Positions 20,651-31,181 are shown, numbered from the stretch's first letter. The stretch is DNA of 64,000 bases from Candidatus Bathyarchaeota archaeon (GCA_963707955.1 OY970176.1:480001-544000), one strand, 5' to 3'. Notes: generated from the sequence alone by a model not told the origin. Numbers and translations: made by a program.

Positions 20651-22321
20651 TTGTCGAGAAAGAGAATCATCGAAGTTCTAGACGCCGCATCATCTAGAAG
20701 AACAGTAAAATATGCAGTGTACTTGATTGCGATAATCCTGTTTTTTGGGTTGATTCTGCTTCCCCCAATACTTGGAATAGCCCTCAAATGGGGCGCAATC
20801 GGAGTGGTTCTCAACGATGCACCTCTCATGAATCGCGCTTTGAACGCGATAGCAAACAGCTTCACGATAGCCTTGTTCGTTGCGTCAATCGATCTCATAG
20901 CGGGAATTCCTATGGCATGGCTCATAGCCCGGAAAAGATCAAGAGGGTCAAACGTTCTTGACACGTTGTCTGATATCCCGTTTATTGTTCCAACTGCAGT
21001 GCTTGGTTACTCACTTCTGCTTTTCTGGAATGGACCCACGGGAATATCCGCACTTTTCACTGGACCGCTCATTTCAGAGGGATGGCTCCTCATAATACTG
21101 CTCCACTTCACTTTTTCGTTTCCTGTTGTCGTCAGAGTCATGGTCGGAGCATTGCTTGACTACAAGCGAGAGTTCGAGAACGCATCCAGAACACTGGGTG
21201 CTCCACCGTTTACTGCGTCAAGAACCGTTACGTTTCCTATAATAAAACCATCATTAATAGCCGCCTTCATACTTGCCTTTTCAAGGTCAGTCTCAGAAAC
21301 AGGCGCAACTTTCATCGTCGCAGGAGCTTTCGAGAACGGTTCAATCTTCCTGCAGAACATAAAAAACACGTTCGGACCCAAAGATCCTACGTACTACGGG
21401 GCGACCGTTTTTGCAAGTTTTGTTCTCATTGCAGTTTCTGTAGCAATCTTCATAATAATTCGCGCGGTAGGTCCAAGGTTGAAACTGCCTGTCAGACGAA
21501 TTTGGCCGTCTTTTGAAAGAAAACTCAGCTATTCAAAAGCGGAATCCTCAAGGAACGCTGTTACACTGGCTGTCTTTTTGGTCATCGTCCTAGTCCCGTC
21601 TCTTTTCGTTGCGCTTCCAGCGTTCCAAGCGGTGTTCACTAATACGCTAAGCGAGTCCATACGGGGGGCAGGCATCTGGGGAGACTATTGGCAGGGCTTG
21701 CTTCTTTCCTACGGCCTCGCTGCAATAGTCACTGTGCTTAACGTAGTCATAGGATTGCCTATGGCTATTTTTATCGCAAGGAGAAAAGTAGGCAAGTTTC
21801 AATCAGCGATTTTGGACATTCTCGTCAACATTCCCCTTGTAGTGCCCTCGATAGCACTAGGCTTTTCGCTGGGCATTTTTTGGACACATATTTTCACGTC
21901 CATACCGGAGTTTCTGCTGCTGATCTTTGCTCACCTTGCGATCACGTACCCATACTTCGTAAGATCAATGTCTGCCGCTGTTGAAAGGATCAGCATGGAC
22001 ATGGAAGAGGCTTCAAGAACTCTCGGAGCCAAACCCTTAGGAGTCTTCAGGACCATCGTTCTGCCTTTGACTAAGTACTCTATACTTTCAGGTGCGATAC
22101 TCGTCTTCACGAGAAGCGTAAGCGAAACCGGTGCGACTTTGGCAGTGGCGACTTCTCTCAAAACTGTGCCGGTGGTGCTCGTGAACTGGATAAGGCCTCC
22201 AGCTGGTGCGCCGCACCCCACGGCGTTGCAGATAGGGTTAGGAAGCGGTTTTCTAATACTGTTCTCATTCATCATTCTTCTAGCGTTGAGGCTTGTCGTG
22301 AAAGAGAAAGGAAGATACTAG
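20651..22321 (+). CDS. ABC transporter permease with two fused domains (FbpB/ThiP-like)
   Basis: Two EAA loops (FENASRTLGA, MEEASRTLGA) and two RSVSETGAT motifs. Confidence 0.9.
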   Translation: MSRKRIIEVLDAASSRRTVKYAVYLIAIILFFGLILLPPILGIALKWGAIGVVLNDAPLMNRALNAIANSFTIALFVASIDLIAGIPMAWLIARKRSRGSNVLDTLSDIPFIVPTAVLGYSLLLFWNGPTGISALFTGPLISEGWLLIILLHFTFSFPVVVRVMVGALLDYKREFENASRTLGAPPFTASRTVTFPIIKPSLIAAFILAFSRSVSETGATFIVAGAFENGSIFLQNIKNTFGPKDPTYYGATVFASFVLIAVSVAIFIIIRAVGPRLKLPVRRIWPSFERKLSYSKAESSRNAVTLAVFLVIVLVPSLFVALPAFQAVFTNTLSESIRGAGIWGDYWQGLLLSYGLAAIVTVLNVVIGLPMAIFIARRKVGKFQSAILDILVNIPLVVPSIALGFSLGIFWTHIFTSIPEFLLLIFAHLAITYPYFVRSMSAAVERISMDMEEASRTLGAKPLGVFRTIVLPLTKYSILSGAILVFTRSVSETGATLAVATSLKTVPVVLVNWIRPPAGAPHPTALQIGLGSGFLILFSFIILLALRLVVKEKGRY

Positions 22322-22397
22322 AATGCTTAATAGACAAACCTTAGCCTATCACGTTCACTCAGGCAATCGTACATCCAAAGGGGAGGTTACCTGACAA

Positions 22398-23501
22398 ATG
22401 CCGGATGTCCGCATAGAAAACGTCACTAAGAAATTTGGGAAACTCTTAGCGGTAGACGACGTGAGCCTTCACGTTCATGAAAAAGAATACTTCGCTCTGC
22501 TCGGACCAAGCGGATGTGGAAAAACAACGCTCCTAAGGCTTATTGCAGGACTGATTAAGCCGGACAGAGGAAAAATATACATCGGGGACAGACTCGTCAA
22601 CGATATCCCGCCGGAAGACCGAGACATAGGCTTCGTCTTTCAAACGTTCGCTCTGTTCCCCCATATGGACGCTTGGAACAACGTGACCTACGGCCCAAAA
22701 GTGAAGGGCTTCGACATGAAGAAAGCAAATACAATTGGACATGAAGTGCTTGAAATGGTCAGGCTGCATGAAAGACTAGATGCTTTCCCAAGCGAGCTGA
22801 GCGGAGGAATGATGCAGAGAATAGCCGTTGCGAGGGCGCTGGCAGCAGGCGCCAAACTGCTGCTTCTGGATGAACCGCTCGGGCAGTTGGATGCAAAGGT
22901 GAGGAACGACCTCAGATACGAGATCAGAAAGATGACCAAGGATTTGGGGTTGACGGCTATTCACGTGACGCATGATCAGTCTGAGGCCATGGCGATCTCC
23001 GACAGAATTGCCGTCATGAAGAAGGGAAGCATCAAACAGGTGGGAACGCCGAGTGAGCTCTACATGTCCCCGGAAAACCTGTTCGTGGCCAACTTCATAG
23101 GAGAATCAGACTTCCTGGAAGGATACGTGGCTGAGTCTGAAAACAAACAAACGTTAATAGAGCTTCGTGGCGGTATAAGGGTTCAAGCCGTCAACAACGA
23201 AGTGAAAAAGGGTGAGAGAGTGGTTCTGGCGATAAGACCTGAAGCCTTCAGCCTCGAAGAAGGAAGAAGAAACGACACAAACTCGATGATGGGCAAGGTT
23301 GACAGAGTGACTTTTGAGGGAACAAACATACGGTACGACATCATGCTTGAGAATGAGGACCACATAGTAATAGTCAAGCCTTCAATGATGGGACAATGGT
23401 TCAAGGTTGATGAAGAAGTGACCGTCAGCTTCCCCCCCGAGAAGTCTCACATGTTCCAGTACCCAGAAACGGGACTCAAGGAGGAATTGGCTGTTGAGTG
23501 A
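22398..23501 (+). CDS. ABC transporter ATP-binding protein (PotA/FbpC-like, TOBE domain)
   Basis: GPSGCGKT, LSGGMMQR, LDEP, VTHDQ. Confidence 0.93.
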   Translation: MPDVRIENVTKKFGKLLAVDDVSLHVHEKEYFALLGPSGCGKTTLLRLIAGLIKPDRGKIYIGDRLVNDIPPEDRDIGFVFQTFALFPHMDAWNNVTYGPKVKGFDMKKANTIGHEVLEMVRLHERLDAFPSELSGGMMQRIAVARALAAGAKLLLLDEPLGQLDAKVRNDLRYEIRKMTKDLGLTAIHVTHDQSEAMAISDRIAVMKKGSIKQVGTPSELYMSPENLFVANFIGESDFLEGYVAESENKQTLIELRGGIRVQAVNNEVKKGERVVLAIRPEAFSLEEGRRNDTNSMMGKVDRVTFEGTNIRYDIMLENEDHIVIVKPSMMGQWFKVDEEVTVSFPPEKSHMFQYPETGLKEELAVE

Positions 23502-24153
23502 CCTAATAAAGTGGTTCGCGAAGCGACAGGAAACAAAGGCTCTGTCCGCAGTTCAGCGTCATCTAGCGTTGACAACGGGCATAGTGGAAGACTTGGAGAA
23601 GGCGATAAGAGCGGCCATCAAGGCCGATTTGAAGGAGATGAAGACATGCATCGACAGAGTGGTGAGCAGTGAAAAAGAAGCGGACGCGCTGCGCAGAAAG
23701 ATTATGTCCGAAATATCAACGGGGGAGCTCTCACCCAATGATCGAGAGGACTTGATGGACCTCGTGAAGAGAGTGGACATGGTCGCCGACTGGAGCAGAG
23801 AATCAACGCGCATCCTCGGTGCTATACCGATGGAACATGTTCCAGCATCGATTAAAGATGAGTTAATAGAGATGGTTCTAAGCGTAGAACAGTGTGCTGT
23901 TTCCCTTCAGACATGCGTGAACAGGATGATGAAGAAAACAGAGGAAGCTCTTCAAGCTGCGGACGCGGTGGAAAGGGAAGAGGAAAAAGTCGACGACATA
24001 CACGAGAAAGCCCGAATCCTCCTTGGAAAAGAAGACTTGCCGAGGGCCGGCGTAGCCGTGCTAGTAAGCCAGCTTTTTGAAGCCTTGGAGATGATCGCCG
24101 ACTCATGCGAGGACGCATGTGACCAAGTCAGAGTGATAATAGTCAGAAAATAG
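23494..24153 (+). CDS. DUF47/PhoU-like phosphate transport regulator
   Basis: EKEADALRR...DREDL...EEEKVDDI...LEMIADSCED helical repeat. Confidence 0.85.
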   Translation: MSDLIKWFAKRQETKALSAVQRHLALTTGIVEDLEKAIRAAIKADLKEMKTCIDRVVSSEKEADALRRKIMSEISTGELSPNDREDLMDLVKRVDMVADWSRESTRILGAIPMEHVPASIKDELIEMVLSVEQCAVSLQTCVNRMMKKTEEALQAADAVEREEEKVDDIHEKARILLGKEDLPRAGVAVLVSQLFEALEMIADSCEDACDQVRVIIVRK

Positions 24154-24175
24154 TCAGAAAATGAGGTGAAAACAC

Positions 24176-24460
24176 ATGTCAGAAACAAGAATAAACATAA
24201 ATGAACTCAAAAGCGAAGGAAGCGACCTGATAAAAGAACTGACCACATTCCTGAAAGAAAAAACCAACGCTAAAGTTGAAGCCGAAACAGACGAACTCGT
24301 CGTCAAAGGGGAAGAAACAAACGTCTCAAGAACATACCTGCGAGTTCTACTGAAAAAGTTCCTACACAAGAAAGAGCTGAAAGACTCTTTCAGAGTGATA
24401 GGCGGCAAAGAAAACACGCTGATCGTCAAGGGCAAGAAGGCATATGAAGAGGAAGAGTAG
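24176..24460 (+). CDS. rpl22e: Ribosomal protein eL22-like
   Basis: SRTYLRVLLKKFLHKKELKDSFRVI resembles the eL22 signature SKRYLKYLTKKYLKK..LRDWLRVV; acidic tail. Confidence 0.75.
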   Translation: MSETRININELKSEGSDLIKELTTFLKEKTNAKVEAETDELVVKGEETNVSRTYLRVLLKKFLHKKELKDSFRVIGGKENTLIVKGKKAYEEEE

Positions 24461-24730
24461 CTCCTCATCCCCTGAAAACCTCACCCTTTTCTTCGCACGT
24501 TCTTCTCAAGTAACCAAGCAGGAAACCGACAAGCCAACGTTAAAACAGGCCTCTAAGCATAATCTAAGCAGGACACACAAAAAACAGAAAACGGAGCGAA
24601 GACAGAAAACATTAAAAAGTCACGACCCTTGCCCAGACTCTCGGCCCAGCCCTCGATACGCACTTGGCCTCAAGCCCACACAAATCCAGTAGGGCCTTCA
24701 TCAGCGCCCACGTGCAGTGCTAGCACCCTA

Positions 24731-24766
24731 GGGGGGAGGGTAAAATAGACGAGGCCAAAACGCGAA
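24731..24766 (-). repeat. Intergenic repeat shared with 34021-34060
   Basis: Minus strand TTCGCGTTTTGGCCTCGTCTA-TTT-TACCCTCCCCCC versus TTCGCGTTTTGCCTCGTCTA-ACACACC-TACCCCCTCCCCC. Confidence 0.75.
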
Positions 24767-24857
24767 TACAGGGATGTAGCGTTTCCCGCATGGTTCTAAG
24801 GAGTGCACGTCAGTCATATTTCCCCGACCCTATCAACCTCTCTAGAACATACGCCGG

Positions 24858-25817
24858 CTAACGCTGGCTGTTCCTGATAACGAAGAATATGCCGGCCAGA
24901 ACCATGGCAGCACCTAATGCGAAAACTGGAGCAGGCACCTCCCGAAAAGCAGCTATACCTAGAAGCGTTGCACCCACGGGCTCCAATAAAGCAAGAGAGG
25001 CCGCCTCAAACGATTTAAGGTTCGACAAAGAAGAAAAATAAAGCGTATGAGCGATCGCCGTCGGAAGCAATCCAAGCCCGACCAGCAGAAGAGCGGTTTC
25101 TGCAACAAGCGGAAACGGTGAAATCAAGTTTCCAGCGGGCACGCTCAACACGGCCACGATAACCGCTGAAAAAGCGTAAATAGGCAGCATCGCCGACAAC
25201 AGACCCATCTCCTTCCTGACCCTCCCACCATAGTTGAGGTAGAAAGCCTCAAGCGCACCCGCAACCACGCCCTCCAAGTCGCCCTTCAACGTTGGAGAAA
25301 CACTCTGACCAACCGTCTTCACAGCCGCCGTCTCACCGAAGGCAATGACGCACACGCCTATGAAAGAGACCATTATGCCCACGAGCGCAAAGCGGGATGG
25401 TTTAACCCTGAAAACATAGCTCGAAACAAACATCGAAAAAATCGGCGCAGTGCTCACCAGAACGGTCGCGTTCAAGATCGTCGTATCCCGCACAGAAAAA
25501 GTGAAAAAAACGAAGTGAAGACCCAAGAAAAGACCAAGAACCAAGAGCTCTTTCAAGTTCTCCCTCACAAGCTTAAACTGAAACACTCGACGACACACCA
25601 CCAGCACCGCAACCAATGCAGCGCAGGCTATAACGAGACGCCAGAACACGATAGAGAAGGAATCCAGACCCTGCACAAACCTAATGAAGACAACCGCCGT
25701 TCCGAAGAAAACGCCGGCAGTCACCCCCTCTGCCAAAGCTTGCCTTCTCGTCCTGCCCTGCAAACAGACACCCTCAAACAGTAGACTCGAACAAGCGTCT
25801 ACCCGACGAATCCACAA
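24858..25817 (-). CDS. DMT/EamA family transporter
   Basis: About 10 TM helices, ATVLVSTAPIF and LLEPVGAT motifs; start uncertain. Confidence 0.88.
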   Translation of the reverse strand: MWIRRVDACSSLLFEGVCLQGRTRRQALAEGVTAGVFFGTAVVFIRFVQGLDSFSIVFWRLVIACAALVAVLVVCRRVFQFKLVRENLKELLVLGLFLGLHFVFFTFSVRDTTILNATVLVSTAPIFSMFVSSYVFRVKPSRFALVGIMVSFIGVCVIAFGETAAVKTVGQSVSPTLKGDLEGVVAGALEAFYLNYGGRVRKEMGLLSAMLPIYAFSAVIVAVLSVPAGNLISPFPLVAETALLLVGLGLLPTAIAHTLYFSSLSNLKSFEAASLALLEPVGATLLGIAAFREVPAPVFALGAAMVLAGIFFVIRNSQR

Positions 25818-25910
25818 ACCTCGCGAAGAACAAAAACGAACAAACAGGCGCTCTCATTTCTCAGCCACGATCAAATGTGTTTCAAGAAAAATGTTACGCT
25901 TGTTCCCGCG

Positions 25911-26219
25911 CTAGAGAAGCTCTATGGTCACATGAACTTCTTCGGGAACACGTATGCGCATGATTCGACGCATGACCCGTTCTTCTGCGTCTATGTCAAT
26001 GAGCCGCTTATGAATTCTCATTTCCCACTTGTCCCAAGTAGAGGTCCCCTCACCGCAGGGTGACTTGAGAACGGGAACTCTCAGTCGCTTAGTGGGCAAA
26101 GGAACGGGTCCATTGATCTTAACTCCTGTTTTCTGGGCGATGACCTTCAGCTCCTCACATACTTCTTCTAGTTTCCCGTAGTCCGTGCTTGTCAAGCGTA
26201 TGCGCGCTTTCCTAACCAT
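25911..26219 (-). CDS. rps10: 30S ribosomal protein S10 (uS10)
   Basis: KARIRLTS...GPVPLPT...KSPCGEG...[10 protein letters not shown]. Confidence 0.97.
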   Translation of the reverse strand: MVRKARIRLTSTDYGKLEEVCEELKVIAQKTGVKINGPVPLPTKRLRVPVLKSPCGEGTSTWDKWEMRIHKRLIDIDAEERVMRRIMRIRVPEEVHVTIELL

Positions 26220-26345
26220 TGCCCATCAATCCTGGAACTCTTCTACCAAACAGATTTATCGCGTATCTACCTTAGACAATTAGCCGCAAATAAAAACTTA
26301 TCGAAGCAAAAAAAGGTAGCAGAGCCAGCCTAAATCAGGTAGACC

Positions 26346-27005
26346 ATGAAAAACATGAAGCTTCACGTTAAAGGAATAATTTTAGATTTGGACGGCACGC
26401 TGGTAGATTCAAGACAAGCTTACTTAGAGGCGGCAAGAATAGCTTTTTCAGCAGTGGGACAGCAAACAGTCAGCATCAAAATGGTCATAGAAATCCCCAG
26501 AAGGTTTGAACAGGGCATTCCACTCGATGATTTGTTGCCGGGGGTTGACGTGAAGAAGTTCCGACGAATATACCTAAAGTCGTTTTACCAGGCAGTTGCC
26601 GTTATGGCGAAACCATTACCTGACATTGCAAACAGCCTCAAGAAGCTTTCAGAAAAGGCGAAACTTGCACTAACCACAAGACGCAAAGTCCCTAACAAAG
26701 TCGTTATTGAACAGCTAAAAGAATTTGGTTTAGAACGATATTTCCAAGCTGTGGTAACTGCATGCGATAAGTTCAGTCCAAAACCTTCTCCCGACGCCCT
26801 TATAGAATGTTCAAGAAAACTGGGCGTAAAAACAAGTGAATGTGCAGTCGTTGGAGACTCGATCGTTGACCTAGAGGCTGGAAGGCGTGCCGGAGCTAAG
26901 ACAGTCGCAGTCTTGTCTGGAATTTTCTCTTGCTACGAGCTGAAGAAAGAAAAACCAGACCTGATCCTGGCAAGTGTCAGAGAATTGCCAGATTTCCTGG
27001 AATAG
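26346..27005 (+). CDS. HAD superfamily hydrolase (phosphoglycolate phosphatase-like)
   Basis: DLDGTLVDS, PKPSP, VGDSIVD. Confidence 0.9.
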   Translation: MKNMKLHVKGIILDLDGTLVDSRQAYLEAARIAFSAVGQQTVSIKMVIEIPRRFEQGIPLDDLLPGVDVKKFRRIYLKSFYQAVAVMAKPLPDIANSLKKLSEKAKLALTTRRKVPNKVVIEQLKEFGLERYFQAVVTACDKFSPKPSPDALIECSRKLGVKTSECAVVGDSIVDLEAGRRAGAKTVAVLSGIFSCYELKKEKPDLILASVRELPDFLE

Positions 27006-27122
27006 TGCCAAAATGAACCTTTAGAATATTTCTAGAGAGGAAATATAGCTGAAAATTAGTGAACAGAGTTATAGAAGCGATCACGAATAAAGCTTATTAA
27101 AAGGCCAAAGGTCTAGTTTTAG

Positions 27123-27764
27123 ATGTGGAGAAGGCTTCGAGAAGGAGTACCTGTGAACTTCATCGAAACATTGTTATCAGAAAAACTGTTAGAGAAGAAC
27201 CCCCTCATCGACGTGTTAGTTGCGGATCGCAAGGTACTCCAAATAGCGTGCGAAGACCTGACGAACTTCCTCAAAGTCCATTGGGATCTCATTGGAAAGG
27301 AAGCAAGTCAATGTGACGTTGCAGAAGAGCTCGAGAGGACCTTCGAAGAGAACTCGAAAGAGCTGGAAGAATTCTTGAGTGTTTGGACGGGCATGTGGTT
27401 CAAGAAGTGGAAAGAACGAGTCAAACTTCTCATCGGCAATGACAACTCGAAGAGATGGAACAACGCCACAAGAATCCTCAACAACGCCGAACCAATATGG
27501 CAAGGGCTCTCTTGTCACCAAGAAATGGAAGATATCGTGATCTCCACGTTGATCAAGAACGGGGAGATATGTGGAACCTCAATCCTTGCAGAAAACCTCT
27601 TGAAGATGGAGTTAGGCAGTGAAAAGAAAACATACACGAACGACAAAGAGCAAGTGGTGAACGTTGTTAACAACGTTTTGACAAAGGCGAGGGAACTGAC
27701 ACAGAGCAAGGGCCCGTTGATCTTTGTCAAGGTCGATAAGGGGTACTATCAATCAACGCAGTAG
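27123..27764 (+). CDS. Conserved hypothetical protein
   Basis: 213-aa ORF with typical codon usage and a TATA box upstream; start may be GTG 27153. Confidence 0.75.
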   Translation: MWRRLREGVPVNFIETLLSEKLLEKNPLIDVLVADRKVLQIACEDLTNFLKVHWDLIGKEASQCDVAEELERTFEENSKELEEFLSVWTGMWFKKWKERVKLLIGNDNSKRWNNATRILNNAEPIWQGLSCHQEMEDIVISTLIKNGEICGTSILAENLLKMELGSEKKTYTNDKEQVVNVVNNVLTKARELTQSKGPLIFVKVDKGYYQSTQ

Positions 27765-27777
27765 AACGAGACAATTC

Positions 27778-27975
27778 TTAGCGAGTCCTTTCTCTATGGA
27801 GGCTCTTAGTCCGCCACGAATACGTTTTCATGACCGCTGTTACTCCATAACCGCAGGCAGCACATCGTTTCTTAGTCACGTTGTATGACCTTCTTCCACA
27901 CCGTCTGCATTTTATGTGAACCGTTTTTCCTTGGCGCTTGCCAAATGAGGGTGTCCCCTTTCCCAAAGACGTCAC
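27778..27975 (-). CDS. rpl37e: 50S ribosomal protein L37e
   Basis: GKGTPSFGKR...HIKCRRCGRRSY...CAACGYG. Confidence 0.96.
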   Translation of the reverse strand: MTSLGKGTPSFGKRQGKTVHIKCRRCGRRSYNVTKKRCAACGYGVTAVMKTYSWRTKSLHRERTR

Positions 27976-28199
27976 CTAGGAGGTGGAGATATCAGAACGA
28001 CGTTGTCTCCTCGGACGATTATGATCCCGAGTTTCCTGACGTTTTCTGAAGAGGTGGTGTCTTCTGTTTCCTCTAGAACCAAGTTCAGATGCTGGTCAAA
28101 CCCTTTGAGCCTTCCACGTAGGCTTTTTCCACCTTTCAACCTTACAAGCACGATTTTCCCAAGGTTTTGCTCAAGGATTTCAGTGGTCATTTCGCTCAT
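27972..28199 (-). CDS. lsm: Sm-like archaeal protein (SmAP1/Lsm)
   Basis: GFDQHLNLVL and IVRGDNV motifs; canonical Lsm-L37e linkage. Confidence 0.95.
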   Translation of the reverse strand: MSEMTTEILEQNLGKIVLVRLKGGKSLRGRLKGFDQHLNLVLEETEDTTSSENVRKLGIIIVRGDNVVLISPPPR

Positions 28200-28268
28200 T
28201 TTTGACCCTCGGACCCAAATTGTTATGCCTTTTATACTTAAGCTTACACATTTAAACCTATCTAAGAG

Positions 28269-28808
28269 ATGGGCAGAATGCCCGAAAAAAACAGGCGGTA
28301 TTTCTTAAAGACGAAAGAATCTAAAGCCCTTCTTGCAAAGGCTTCGGAAAAGCTCAAGACTGACCTGGGGCTACTCTTCAAAGACAAGGTTAACGTTGAG
28401 GTCTTTGAAACAGAATCAGCTGAAATCTTTCTCATCAACGCAAAGCCGCTGCTGGTCAAAGCTGACGAAAACATTTATCCAACGCTAAGGTTCGATGAAT
28501 ATCTCCAAACAGCTCCCAAAGTTGTCGTGGACATGGGGGCCGTTCCCTATGTATGCAATGGCGCGAACGTTATGGCACCAGGAATCAGACGCTTTGAGGG
28601 TCAATTCGACGAGAATGACATTGTCATTGTGGTTGATGAGAAGCATAACAGACCTATCGCCATAGGGGAAATCCTTTACGATGCTGAAAAGGCAAAGAGT
28701 GTCAGCCAGGGCACTGTTGTCAGAAACGTGTACTACGTCGGAGACAAAACGTGGAATCTCCTTAAAGAAATAGCCCCTAGCGGGGGGAAAATTCGATCTG
28801 AACTTTGA
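28269..28808 (+). CDS. PUA-domain RNA-binding protein (DUF1947/Tma20-like)
   Basis: VVVDMGAVPYVCNGANVMAPGI...YYVGDK. Confidence 0.9.
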   Translation: MGRMPEKNRRYFLKTKESKALLAKASEKLKTDLGLLFKDKVNVEVFETESAEIFLINAKPLLVKADENIYPTLRFDEYLQTAPKVVVDMGAVPYVCNGANVMAPGIRRFEGQFDENDIVIVVDEKHNRPIAIGEILYDAEKAKSVSQGTVVRNVYYVGDKTWNLLKEIAPSGGKIRSEL

Positions 28809-28914
28809 ATTCATAAAACCTTCCAAGCATGCAATTCATACCATGAATCCAAACGTGAAATTAAGAAAAACTTAAACTCTTGAAAAGCAAATAAACATGT
28901 AAGAGAGGACAAGT

Positions 28915-29262
28915 TTGCCGGGATTGGGTATACTCCGCAAATCAAAGAAGGAGGTTAAGATTAAAGGTGATTCTGGCAAGACCTATTTGAAAGCAATGCC
29001 TCTTCGGGACTTGTCTGATTTGGACTCTGTAAAGGCAGAAGTCAAATCTGGAAACATCCTGATTCTAAGGATAACGCCCCTTGCGAATAAGAGTGTTGAC
29101 GACGTTAAGCGTGCCGTGAACGAACTGTGCGAATTTGCTGAATCCGTCGGAGGAGATATCGCAAGGTTGGGTGAAGAGAGAGTGGTTGTATGCCCTCCGA
29201 ACGTGAAGATTTGGCGAGAGAAAGTTCCGGTTTCGAATGAGCCGATACCTACAGCAGCCTAA
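28915..29262 (+). CDS. sepF: Cell division protein SepF
   Basis: EVKSGNILIL...GGDIARLGEERVVVCP. Confidence 0.85.
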   Translation: MPGLGILRKSKKEVKIKGDSGKTYLKAMPLRDLSDLDSVKAEVKSGNILILRITPLANKSVDDVKRAVNELCEFAESVGGDIARLGEERVVVCPPNVKIWREKVPVSNEPIPTAA

Positions 29263-31168
29263 AGGTCTCCATCAAAACTGGTGCGAAGGAGCGAACTTCA
29301 CATCTTCTTTCTATGAAGTTGGCCATGCTGAGACACTTTGCTCTTTCACCATGGCACACGACGACTCTTTCAGGCTTAGGCCTTAGGTGAGTTATGTAGT
29401 TGAATATCTGTCGTCTATCCGAATGCCCAGAGAAGCCCTCTATCGACTCCACGCGCATTCTAGCTTTAACGACATCCATTTTGCCTTCTGAAGTCATGAG
29501 TGTAACCTCGTTCAGACCTTTCTGGACTCTTCTTCCCATGGTGCCTTCGATCTGGTAGCTAACAAAAATAATCGTGTTGTTCTCGTTCTCCGCCAAGCTT
29601 TTGAAGTACTCTATTACTGGGCCACCTTCAAGCATTCCTGAAGTCGCCATGATAATGCACGGTTCGCCCTCAACTATTTCCTGGCGCACGCTTGGATGCT
29701 CAACAATCGTGAAGTAGTCTGACTGAAAGGGATTCACTCCATCATGAAGTATGCTGTTGCGGACTTCTCGGCCTAAGTACTCAGGATATGCGGTGTGAAT
29801 TGCCGTGGCCTCTGAAATCATTCCCTCGATGAAGACAGGAGCCTCCTTCATCATTCCGCGCCTCATGTAACCGTCCAGCACGAGCATTATCTCCTGAGCC
29901 CTGCCAACAGCTGGAACTGGAATCAGAACCTTGCCTTTACGTTCCAACGTTTCATTCACAACTGCTGTCAACCGTTCCTCAGCTTCCACACGCGAGGGCA
30001 TGACGTCATCCGGCCCTCCATACGTGCTTTCAGTTATGACGGTCTCAACCCTTGGAAACTCTGTCGTCGCTGCTTCCAGAAGCATCGTCCTTGAATACTT
30101 GTAGTCACCGGTGTAAACAATGTTGTGGAGACCCTCACCGATGTGAAGGTGAACCATTGAAGACCCTAGAATGTGCCCAGCGTTGTGGAGAGTCAAACGC
30201 ACGTCAGGAGCTATGTCAGTGACGACTCCATACCGTGAGGGAATCGTGTGCAAAACACATTCACGAACATCTTTCTGATCATAAAACGGAGTTGTGCCCT
30301 GCTTGCCAGCAACATCCAAATAGTCAAGCTGAAGCAACGTCATCATGTTTGAAGTAGGAGCGGAGCAGTAGACTGGCCCGTCGTATCCATACTTGTAAAG
30401 GAAAGGTACAAGACCACAATGGTCAAGATGAGCATGACTTATGATGACAGCGTCCAAAGATTCAAGCTCAAACGCTGGGTTGTCCAGCCTAGGAAAGGCC
30501 TCAAATGGCCTCGAGGAACCTGGGTTCACACCACAGTCCAGCAGTACGCTGCTTTCTCGGGTTTGAACGAGAAAAGCAGATCTTCCGACTTCCTGAACCC
30601 CTCCGAGCGCCGTGATCCTAACGTCCCCAACCTCGAAGGCTTTAGGTCTGAAGATCCTTTCCCCTATTGTGCGAAGTATTCGTTCTCTTTCTTTGCTCTC
30701 AGAATGAAGATAATGCCGCATGTGAGTTACTATCTTCGACCGCAATGGGGGGCTTCTTAAGACGTGTGGACGCCACTTTGTCTGTCTGATTATCTCTTGC
30801 AGGACTGTTCCGTTCTTTCCGATCACAAGCCCAGGCTTTTTTGCGTCAATTGTTATTTCGCCCAGACTTGGGTCGAAATTTATGTCTGTCACTTCTGCGT
30901 CAGCTGGAATTATGTCCCTCGCAATCTTCTCGGCCTCAACTTCGTGAAGCCTCACCGAAGGGTCAGAGCGAATAACGATTCGTTTTCTTATGACGTTGAC
31001 TATGTTGGCTATGACGCTGCTCTGGTCGACCAAGACTTCGGGTCTCTTGGTGTACACCGCCAGTGTTGAACCTTCATACTCTATCCTAGTTACTTCAGCT
31101 TCTTTCGGGACATGCTGTAGAATGTATTGACTGATTTCGACCTTTTCCTTGTCAGAATTTGAAGGCAC
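29249..31168 (-). CDS. fttA: KH/beta-CASP ribonuclease aCPSF1 (FttA)
   Basis: N-terminal KH domains, HAHLDH, AGHILGS, GFSGHSD; canonical psmB linkage. Confidence 0.96.
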   Translation of the reverse strand: MPSNSDKEKVEISQYILQHVPKEAEVTRIEYEGSTLAVYTKRPEVLVDQSSVIANIVNVIRKRIVIRSDPSVRLHEVEAEKIARDIIPADAEVTDINFDPSLGEITIDAKKPGLVIGKNGTVLQEIIRQTKWRPHVLRSPPLRSKIVTHMRHYLHSESKERERILRTIGERIFRPKAFEVGDVRITALGGVQEVGRSAFLVQTRESSVLLDCGVNPGSSRPFEAFPRLDNPAFELESLDAVIISHAHLDHCGLVPFLYKYGYDGPVYCSAPTSNMMTLLQLDYLDVAGKQGTTPFYDQKDVRECVLHTIPSRYGVVTDIAPDVRLTLHNAGHILGSSMVHLHIGEGLHNIVYTGDYKYSRTMLLEAATTEFPRVETVITESTYGGPDDVMPSRVEAEERLTAVVNETLERKGKVLIPVPAVGRAQEIMLVLDGYMRRGMMKEAPVFIEGMISEATAIHTAYPEYLGREVRNSILHDGVNPFQSDYFTIVEHPSVRQEIVEGEPCIIMATSGMLEGGPVIEYFKSLAENENNTIIFVSYQIEGTMGRRVQKGLNEVTLMTSEGKMDVVKARMRVESIEGFSGHSDRRQIFNYITHLRPKPERVVVCHGERAKCLSMANFIERRCEVRSFAPVLMETFRLL

Positions 31169-31181
31169 TCTTTTAACTTCC

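Noticed and set aside
24620-24850. GC-rich intergenic stretch as SRP RNA, RNase P RNA or C/D sRNA
   Set aside because: Hallmark motifs are absent; a minus-strand TGATGA has no properly spaced CTGA box.
29249-29262. Convergent 14-bp overlap of the sepF and aCPSF1 ends
   Set aside because: Common in compact archaeal genomes.
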